A stretch of 5,232 nt of DNA from a virus, in UHGV virus genome UHGV-0185448; one strand, written 5' to 3'. Below the pieces are notes generated by a model that was given only the letters and a program-made list of their open reading frames with translations, was not told the origin of the DNA and did no database searches. Position 1 is the first letter of the stretch, and each line of letters opens with the position of its first letter. The position numbers and the translations under genes were made by a program. This document shows, piece by piece, positions 1 through 5,232 of the stretch.

Positions 1-4
1 ATCG

Positions 5-34
5 CAAAAATACAAATCCTAATCACTATTCAAA
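5..34 (-). promoter_or_regulatory. Bacteroidota sigma-A-type promoter (-33 TTTG, -7 TAnnTTTG)
   Basis: The - strand reads TTTG(34-31)-N18-TATTTTTG(12-5)-C, with AT-rich sequence including a T9 run upstream. It is oriented toward the ORF at 5213 across the junction. The spacer is slightly shorter than the usual 19-21 nt. Confidence 0.7.
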
Positions 35-117
35 ATAATATAAATACTTTTCATAAAAAAAAATATTCTATAGATTTTGCTTATGAGGTAGGGGAGTGCC
101 TTCACACGCAAATAGGT

Positions 118-172
118 CGCGCACACGTACACGCGTGCACACGAGACGCGCGCACACACGCACGCGTACGCG
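118..172. repeat. Alternating purine-pyrimidine (CG/CA/TG) tracts
   Basis: Uninterrupted alternation over 118-143 (26 nt) and 146-172 (27 nt), separated by AG. Confidence 0.85.
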
Positions 173-228
173 GTTGGTGCTGCGCGTGTTATGTCGGCCT
201 GCGGCCTCGACATGCTCGCAAAATTGGT

Positions 229-273
229 GTCAGTCCGCACCTTAGAGACAAGTATATAAGGTGCGAGACTGAC
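229..273 (-). other. Putative viral-strand replication origin hairpin (VP4 nick site)
   Basis: 16-bp stem with a 1-nt bulge (GTCAGTC-CGCACCTTA / TAAGGTGCG-A-GACTGAC) and a 12-nt loop reading TATACTTGTCTC on the - strand. The loop contains ACTTG, as in the phiX174 nick site CAACTTG^ATA. Confidence 0.6.
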
Positions 274-375
274 GACTTGGCGCACTTCGTGCGAAGTCGA
301 TTACCAGCTACGCTGGTTAATGGCGCGCCCTCACTCGCCGGGCGCAGCCTAGGCTTTCTATATAAGTATAATAAG

Positions 376-399
376 AGAGAGGCTCGTAAGAGCCTCTCT
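376..399 (-). terminator. Intrinsic terminator-like hairpin after the structural operon
   Basis: Perfect 10-bp stem AGAGAGGCTC-TTAC-GAGCCTCTCT on the - strand, 46 nt after the last structural gene stop, followed by T-rich CTTATTATACTT (imperfect U-tract). Confidence 0.65.
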
Positions 400-445
400 A
401 TCAATCAATTACAATCCATACAAATCCTTTACCTGCCTGTACTCG

Positions 446-889
446 TCAGGATTGAGCTGGCGGAGTAGGGGACTGTGGCGAGGCGATACTTCCCGGGTCG
501 CTTGGAGTAGACGCTTGCGATACTTGCGCCTTTTCAGCTGCCAGCTTAGCAGCACGAAGAGCCGGTAAACGCTTACGAGCAGCAGACACACGATCCTCCA
601 TGGTAGCAATATCAACCAAATCGTTATCGCGAGGATACTCCACAGACGGCGAATCAAAAGCTTCATTTGCATATTGTTCATTATTAAATGGATCATCTTC
701 ACCTTCCTCTACACCCGAATAGGTATATTGAGGTTGCTTGGCAGAAGCCTTCATTAACTCCTGCTCGAGAATAAACTTACGACGCATCTCCGTAATCGAA
801 TAAGTCAGATCGGGAATCGCCGTATCTTCGTCTCCAATTTCATGGAGTAGGGGAGCACACGGATCCCACTGCGTTTTAAATCTACCCAT
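446..889 (-). CDS. Probable internal scaffolding protein (VP3/B-like), 147 aa
   Basis: Starts 2 nt after the VP1 stop. It is acidic, carries a T.IPDLTYSI.EM..KF segment resembling conserved microvirus scaffolding-like proteins, has a DL.D motif followed by a helix, and ends in an A/P/S/Q low-complexity tail. Function is inferred from size, position and motif. Confidence 0.7.
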   Translation of the reverse strand: MGRFKTQWDPCAPLLHEIGDEDTAIPDLTYSITEMRRKFILEQELMKASAKQPQYTYSGVEEGEDDPFNNEQYANEAFDSPSVEYPRDNDLVDIATMEDRVSAARKRLPALRAAKLAAEKAQVSQASTPSDPGSIASPQSPTPPAQS

Positions 890-891
890 AA

Positions 892-2583
892 TTAAATAGA
901 CGGCGTACCATAATATGGCATCGGCCGCAACGCGTCAATACGATGAGAAATCCAAATCAAATACTTATCCAAACTATCCTGAACGGCAAACGGATTATCA
1001 ATATCCGGAACGGAAAGAAAATCAGAATTGAGATTAGCCGCAGAAAGCTTGCGCGCAAATGTCCAGTTGGCAAGAGATGTCCGGAAATCTCCATGAATCG
1101 TGTTCGGAGCATATTTATACTCGGCATACCGAGGAGCATAACCAAACAACTCGGAATAAGTATTGACATTGTAAGGCGCCCAAAGCTCAGATTTCAAAAT
1201 AGGCTGCTCGCCAAGATGCGCAAAAGACGGCCAATAATAATCCTCCTGATTAAGCCGATTCCACATCTTATTGATACCTTGAAAATAAACCGCATCCGGA
1301 ATGATCGAAAGAATACCAATCAACCAACCGTGCTCTTCGGCAAAGAAAGAAGAACGATTCGAGCGACCAATACCGAAACCTTTTCCAGCAAGATTACCCT
1401 GCGGAGATTCAGTACCAGTAGCAGAAGTCTGCGGGATCTCGGTGATGTTAATAGTAGAAACACCACCGCCAAGATACTCGGGACGATCAAGACGAGCATC
1501 ACTCGGGGTCACATGGAAATGACCCATAATCATCTCCTTATAGCGAGAGCCAGCACGCGCAGAGATCTCGTAAAACTTCTGCAAGGCAATGGCCCGACGA
1601 AGGTCATTAATCGTAACGGCGGTGACACTGGACAAATCGGCCGACAAAGATCCATTCGGATCATATGCCAAATGATGCGAAAGGCCATCAGGCTTATCGG
1701 CACCAAAAGTATAACGAGTCTGACCACCAGAAGCCGAACCGTAAAGCATTCCAGGTTGAGTTAACTCCGCTCCGCTGGCCCGATAATCGAGATCACAGAA
1801 AGTAGGCGTCGTACGAGATCCGGCACTAGTAGCCTTCCAATCGGGATCAAGCTGAACATTAGCCTGACCTTGAATCGGAAGCATAACATCCGGACCACGC
1901 TGCGGGGTGGGGAGGGCAGAAGTGAAATAATCCTTCAACCAACGGCGATGGGGAACGTCATAATGGAAAGAAAATCCAAAAATTTGAGAATCAAGCAACT
2001 TCTGCCTACCTGACTGATCTACAAAAATTTCATACTCCGGATCAACATTCTGATCACGATAATACTCATTATAAATCAGAAAATAAGCCTTAAAAGGAAG
2101 AAGGGAGACAGGGGCCTCATTAGCAACCATAGAACTCCCGAAATTATCTCCAAGAGGAAGGCCGAAATAATCCCAAAGAGCACCAGAGCCACAATTATTA
2201 CCATCGGGAGATGGGTTTCGGGTCTCGGCATCCTGAACAAGATCCGCATAAGTTACATAAGGAGGTACCAGACGAGACTCACCAGTTTCGCCACCAGTAA
2301 TAAAATCCTCCCATTGGCTCCAAAGCAAACGATTCGGCACAAAGAAATAATGGATATAAGCCTTCAACGACCCAAAAGCCGGAGAAACAAGCGGCATAGT
2401 CCGACACATCATATCAGACTGAACACGAAAACGGTCACCGGGCACCATCTCCTGACAAAGAACAGGATACAACCGACCCATACTAGCCGACAACATCTTA
2501 TCATGCGATAAGTCAAACTTGTTTACAGGAGGTTTCGGCGTTTTTACTCTTGTAAACAGCGTATTGCGATATCCCTTTGCCAT
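892..2583 (-). CDS. VP1: Major capsid protein VP1 (phiX174 F homolog), 563 aa
   Basis: Microvirus capsid motifs: N-terminal FDLSH..K.S..MG.LYP, PGD.F, HYFFVPNRLLW, YNEYYRDQN, KDYFTSALP.PQRG, TINDLR.A.ALQ, GSRYKE, RPEYLGGG, EEHG, FGY.PRYAEYKY, and C-terminal RPMPYYGTP. Confidence 0.98.
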   Translation of the reverse strand: MAKGYRNTLFTRVKTPKPPVNKFDLSHDKMLSASMGRLYPVLCQEMVPGDRFRVQSDMMCRTMPLVSPAFGSLKAYIHYFFVPNRLLWSQWEDFITGGETGESRLVPPYVTYADLVQDAETRNPSPDGNNCGSGALWDYFGLPLGDNFGSSMVANEAPVSLLPFKAYFLIYNEYYRDQNVDPEYEIFVDQSGRQKLLDSQIFGFSFHYDVPHRRWLKDYFTSALPTPQRGPDVMLPIQGQANVQLDPDWKATSAGSRTTPTFCDLDYRASGAELTQPGMLYGSASGGQTRYTFGADKPDGLSHHLAYDPNGSLSADLSSVTAVTINDLRRAIALQKFYEISARAGSRYKEMIMGHFHVTPSDARLDRPEYLGGGVSTINITEIPQTSATGTESPQGNLAGKGFGIGRSNRSSFFAEEHGWLIGILSIIPDAVYFQGINKMWNRLNQEDYYWPSFAHLGEQPILKSELWAPYNVNTYSELFGYAPRYAEYKYAPNTIHGDFRTSLANWTFARKLSAANLNSDFLSVPDIDNPFAVQDSLDKYLIWISHRIDALRPMPYYGTPSI

Positions 2584-2585
2584 AA

Positions 2586-2663
2586 CTACAAACGGATACC
2601 ACCGCGGCTAAGTTTATAACTACGAGAAAGACGACGTCCACGACGTCCACGGCGTCGAGCCAT
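2586..2663 (-). CDS. Small basic DNA-binding/packaging peptide (VP8/J-like), 25 aa: MARRRGRRGRRLSRSYKLSRGGIRL
   Basis: Translated by hand (below the ORF-track cutoff). It is Arg-rich, ends in the microvirus-typical RGGIRL, stops 2 nt before the VP1 ATG, and shares the GTTATGGC start context with VP1 and VP2. Confidence 0.9.
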   Translation of the reverse strand: MARRRGRRGRRLSRSYKLSRGGIRL

Positions 2664-2682
2664 AACATTAAAACTCAGAATG

Positions 2683-2778
2683 TCACATATGTAACAAGCG
2701 AGCGATTAAGAAAATAAAAAGAATAACCAGAACGATTATAATAGAAATATGAATCAAACCAATGATACTACAAACCAT
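2683..2778 (-). CDS. Small single-pass transmembrane peptide, 31 aa: MVCSIIGLIHISIIIVLVILFIFLIARLLHM
   Basis: The ATG lies 1 nt after the VP2 stop, and the ORF fills most of the 116-nt VP2-VP8 gap. It has about 22 near-continuous hydrophobic residues and is the 3' part of track ORF 2683..2946. Confidence 0.65.
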   Translation of the reverse strand: MVCSIIGLIHISIIIVLVILFIFLIARLLHM

Positions 2779-2779
2779 G

Positions 2780-3673
2780 CTACTCCGATTTATATTCGTC
2801 AAAAGCGTTAATAAGACCAGACATAATACTGTTAGCGATCCAACCAATAGTATTAGAAGTGGGAACCATACCATTCTTATAATAATAATGGTTAAGAGCC
2901 TCAGTTTCAATAGCATCAGCAACCAACTTACGCTGCTGAGCTCCATTGACTTTTACACGCGACATAATTTCAGCGACCTCTGCACGAATCTTAGAGAGGT
3001 CAGCGTCAAGTTTTTTCTCATTAAGACCAAGCTGAAGTATCTGGTTCTTTACACGCATATTATCGTTAGCAACCTTGCGAGCCTCAAGATTCAAACGATA
3101 CTGATAGGACTGCATGTCCATCTTATAGAGAGAGTTCCTATACTCGAGCTGCTCATTTTCCAACCAATGACGGTCAGCGGCAAACCTATTATACGTTTCC
3201 TGACCGATCGCACGAGACATGGAAAGACGAGCATTAGCCATCATGAGCTCGCGAGAAATAGCTTCTGACTGCGCGCGTTCAGCGGCTAAACGAGCCTCTT
3301 CATTCATCTTGTCAGTCTGGGCATTAACGATAGCATACTGCAAAGCATTCGATATGGCTTCACTCGGACGACCATAATCAACCTGAGGAGCCTGACCAGA
3401 AGCAGAACCGGGAACACCGCTCGAAGTATTCTGAATACCACCGGAACCATACATAAGGTTCGGATTCAAACCAGCTTGCTCAAGACGAGCACGTTGCATA
3501 ACAGGACTATTATACCTATTATCCATATTATACATGGAAAGAGCAAAATTATTCTGCTTATCCATCAGCTTAGATTGATATTGATACTGCTTGCGAGCGG
3601 ACGCACCGCCTGTAATAGCATTACCAATCGCACTAAGACCACCAGTTACAAGACCTGCCCAATCAAAAGCCAT
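2780..3673 (-). CDS. VP2: DNA pilot / minor capsid protein VP2 (H-like), 297 aa
   Basis: Gly/Ala-rich N-terminus (AGLVTGGLSAIGNAITGG), the conserved YNSP..Q.ARL..AGLNPNLMYG motif, and a long Q/N/A/E/K-rich predicted coiled coil. Confidence 0.93.
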   Translation of the reverse strand: MAFDWAGLVTGGLSAIGNAITGGASARKQYQYQSKLMDKQNNFALSMYNMDNRYNSPVMQRARLEQAGLNPNLMYGSGGIQNTSSGVPGSASGQAPQVDYGRPSEAISNALQYAIVNAQTDKMNEEARLAAERAQSEAISRELMMANARLSMSRAIGQETYNRFAADRHWLENEQLEYRNSLYKMDMQSYQYRLNLEARKVANDNMRVKNQILQLGLNEKKLDADLSKIRAEVAEIMSRVKVNGAQQRKLVADAIETEALNHYYYKNGMVPTSNTIGWIANSIMSGLINAFDEYKSE

Positions 3674-3680
3674 AACTCAA

Positions 3681-3929
3681 CTACTCACTACGAGAGCCAT
3701 TCAGAAGGTTCAAACTGGCCGAATCCAAAACCGAGGTCTTCGCGTCTTGCCTGATTCTCACATCGCTCGATCTCTTCACGACAGTGCATTGAATACAGAG
3801 CAGTACCACCGTGCTTGCTAAGAGAACGAAGGTAACAATCTTTTGCCATACGTTCCCGCTCTTCAAATTGAATTTCACGATTTCTGCGATCTTTTGCAGA
3901 AAGCTCTGAGAGTTCTCGACACTCATCAT
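3681..3929 (-). CDS. Membrane/lipoprotein-like hypothetical protein, 82 aa, overprinted on the VP4 C-terminus (+1 frame)
   Basis: Amphipathic/basic N-region, a hydrophobic stretch IVTFVLLASTVVLL followed by CIQC, and a polar Ser/Thr-rich tail. It stops 7 nt before the VP2 ATG. Confidence 0.55.
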   Translation of the reverse strand: MMSVENSQSFLQKIAEIVKFNLKSGNVWQKIVTFVLLASTVVLLCIQCTVVKRSSDVRIRQDAKTSVLDSASLNLLNGSRSE

Positions 3930-4692
3930 CTAAATAACGCCGAAAAAGCAATTCACGTTCAAATTTCGTAAACAACTTATCCCGAAAATAACGGGGCAAG
4001 GAAGGCTTACGGCGCTGGTTAACATTAATATTCGACATACAAAGCACGAAAAATTTTCGTTTTGCAAAAAAATCTATACGTTTTTTTAATGGATGATACA
4101 TACAAGCTGCCAAAAGCCTGCGAGTACCATCATCAGATATATCAATAGGAACAGCAGTTCCGCGATGATAATCAGCCTGCGCTTCCACATAAGAAATACC
4201 AAGTCCGGGACGGCGAGACATCAGCGCAAAGGTCTTATAACAGTCCAGCTCCTTTGTAATATAGTTAGCAACATAACGCAAACCTCCATTACCTTTAAGA
4301 AACTGAACATCATTTATATAACCTTTCTGCCAAGTCTCATTAATAGCCTCGGTCATGTAATCCAAAGAACAACAAACATCTGTAAATACGATAGCATGAT
4401 AATGAGGCCGACCGGTATTCTCACCAAACTCGGACACAATAAAATAGCGTATGCGGCCGAGATCAGACACACAACGCTTACGAATACGTTTAAACCAAAG
4501 TTGGACGTCTCTCTTTGAAGTAGTATAAAACAAAGGCAGACCATCAGAGCCAAACTCCATAGGAACATGAGAATCCTCATAAGTCAACGTAATAAAAAAG
4601 GTGGAACCAGTACAATACTTATATTCGGCCAGCAAACGCTTGTACCATTGACTCCTACGACGCATTATCGGCCGATATACCTCCTTAATCAT
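3688..4692 (-). CDS. VP4: Rolling-circle replication initiator VP4 (HUH endonuclease), about 334 aa; start uncertain (4692, 4665 or 4782)
   Basis: Motif I FITLTY, RYFIVSEFG, motif II RPHYHAIVF, motif III YVANYITK (two Tyr), MSRRPGLG and LPRYFRDKLF. The ATG at 4692 overlaps the end of the upstream ORF (TATGATTAA). The ATG at 4665 has AGGAGGT 13 nt upstream. Confidence 0.95.
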   Translation of the reverse strand: MIKEVYRPIMRRRSQWYKRLLAEYKYCTGSTFFITLTYEDSHVPMEFGSDGLPLFYTTSKRDVQLWFKRIRKRCVSDLGRIRYFIVSEFGENTGRPHYHAIVFTDVCCSLDYMTEAINETWQKGYINDVQFLKGNGGLRYVANYITKELDCYKTFALMSRRPGLGISYVEAQADYHRGTAVPIDISDDGTRRLLAACMYHPLKKRIDFFAKRKFFVLCMSNINVNQRRKPSLPRYFRDKLFTKFERELLFRRYLDDECRELSELSAKDRRNREIQFEERERMAKDCYLRSLSKHGGTALYSMHCREEIERCENQARREDLGFGFGQFEPSEWLS

Positions 4693-5041
4693 ACTGAAAA
4701 TCAAAAGAAGATTGAAGCGGAAGAAGTTTGATGTTATTGTAATCACAAATAACATCATAACACTTACGTTCCTTAGAATCAACGAAATAAATATCGTCTA
4801 TCAGACCCTTACCAACATGCCGCGAGATAAAACGAAGAGCATGACGAGCTCTCGAAAAAGGACGACAACCAGAAACAATCTTACCATCTTCTCTACGATA
4901 GAAACGAAAATAGATATACAGCCAATAGCGTGGACGAGGCTGACCATAAGAGCCGTCACGCAGAACAGGAGTATAAGACACTTCCGGAAAGTCACTAAGC
5001 AAATCCGAAAGCTTCCGGATATTACGCTCGGTCGGTCTCAT
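4685..5041 (-). CDS. Hypothetical protein, 118 aa, basic and aromatic-rich
   Basis: Coding-strand ORF overlapping the upstream ORF by 20 nt and the probable VP4 start by 8 nt, consistent with translational coupling. No family recognised. Confidence 0.7.
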   Translation of the reverse strand: MRPTERNIRKLSDLLSDFPEVSYTPVLRDGSYGQPRPRYWLYIYFRFYRREDGKIVSGCRPFSRARHALRFISRHVGKGLIDDIYFVDSKERKCYDVICDYNNIKLLPLQSSFDFQYD

Positions 5042-5213
5042 AGCTTACAGGTTTAGAAAGTTTATCCAACTCAAGAGCCAAGAGATTGCGAATCGACTCA
5101 ATGGGCATCCGAAGAAGCATAGCAAGAACGGACGGAGTCAAGCGAACACCATAAAGACGAATGAGGAGATTGATAGCTCGCTCATCAGAAATAATAAGAA
5201 TAGGTTTTGACAT
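5022..5213 (-). CDS. Hypothetical protein, 63 aa, with a helix-turn-helix-like segment
   Basis: First ORF downstream of the putative promoter, with an A-rich SD-less leader (ACATCAAAACCTAATCATT-ATG). LTPSVLAMLLRMPIESIRNLL matches HTH spacing (T..xLA..L..P..SIR..L). Confidence 0.6.
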   Translation of the reverse strand: MSKPILIISDERAINLLIRLYGVRLTPSVLAMLLRMPIESIRNLLALELDKLSKPVSYETDRA

Positions 5214-5229
5214 AATGATTAGGTTTTGA
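5201..5229. repeat. 10-bp direct repeat TAGGTTTTGA x2 flanking the start codon of the first ORF
   Basis: Exact copies at 5201-5210 and 5220-5229 (19-nt period), with the ATG at 5213-5211 between them. Confidence 0.8.
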
Positions 5230-5232
5230 TGT

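Larger units (their letters stand above)
1..5232 (-). mobile_element. Microviridae ssDNA phage genome, probably complete and circular, likely Bacteroidota-associated
   Basis: VP1, VP2 and VP4 hallmark genes are co-oriented and tightly packed, and the size is typical for the family. The promoter at 5-34 reads into the ORF starting at 5213 if the ends are joined. Most starts are SD-less (TTATG). No host genes are present. Confidence 0.93.

Noticed and set aside
51..86. A9 run and imperfect inverted repeat (TCATAA...TCTATAGA...TTATGA) upstream of the promoter
   Set aside because: The symmetry centres do not coincide, and such matches are expected by chance in AT-rich DNA. The homopolymer lies outside the promoter spacer, so phase variation is unsupported.
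100..400. CRISPR-like array, tRNA or other ncRNA in the hairpin-rich region
   Set aside because: There are no repeated units with spacers and no cloverleaf. The hairpins differ in sequence and fit ssDNA origin or terminator roles.
19..404. ORFs 19..285 and 189..404 on the - strand
   Set aside because: They run through hairpins and the dinucleotide tract (giving CVCARVSCARV), and lie at or downstream of the terminator. The region is better explained as non-coding.
957..1727. Hydrophobic - strand ORFs nested in VP1 (957..1169, 1320..1502, 1530..1727), and similar ones at 409..702, 4353..4580 and 4801..4995
   Set aside because: They are expected artefacts of T-rich third codon positions read in the +1 frame, with no independent support. 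A phiX E-like overprinted lysis gene among them cannot be fully excluded.
943..1764. 273-aa + strand ORF, and other + strand ORFs (277..468, 1301..1522, 2314..2511, 2762..3268, 3476..3754, 3591..3821, 4093..4518, 4712..5056)
   Set aside because: These are antisense shadows of real - strand genes. Their I/R/K/T/N-rich composition reflects codon bias on the other strand, and microviruses encode on one strand.
4693..4782. 30-aa hydrophobic N-terminal extension of Rep from the ATG at 4782
   Set aside because: It overlaps the 118-aa ORF in the +1 frame and does not resemble VP4 N-termini. The coupled ATG at 4692 is more plausible.
5209..5232. CATAAT-GA-TTAGGTTTTGA as a dif-like XerCD integration site
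   Set aside because: The spacer length and right arm do not fit dif (CATAAT-N5-TTATGTTAAAT). No convincing attP or integrase is seen in the window.

Overview
The window appears to be a complete or near-complete 5.2 kb Microviridae (ssDNA phage) genome, deposited as the reverse complement so that all credible genes lie on the - strand. In - strand order the genes are: a 63-aa HTH-like ORF, a 118-aa unknown, the HUH replication initiator VP4, an 82-aa membrane/lipoprotein-like ORF overprinted on the VP4 3' end, the DNA pilot VP2, a 31-aa transmembrane peptide, a 25-aa Arg-rich DNA-binding peptide (not in the ORF track), the major capsid VP1 and a probable scaffolding protein. These are followed by a ~445-nt structured non-coding region with a terminator-like hairpin, a putative origin hairpin, three C-GNA-G triloop hairpins and alternating purine-pyrimidine tracts. 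A Bacteroidota-type promoter (TTTG-N18-TAnnTTTG) at the left edge points across the presumed circular junction into the first ORF at the right edge, which suggests circularity and a Bacteroidota host. The most interesting items are a possible HTH regulator with direct repeats at its own start, two candidate small lysis/membrane genes with no recognisable endolysin, and a Rep lacking the usual Cys-rich N-terminus. All family assignments are by eye from motifs; no searches were run.
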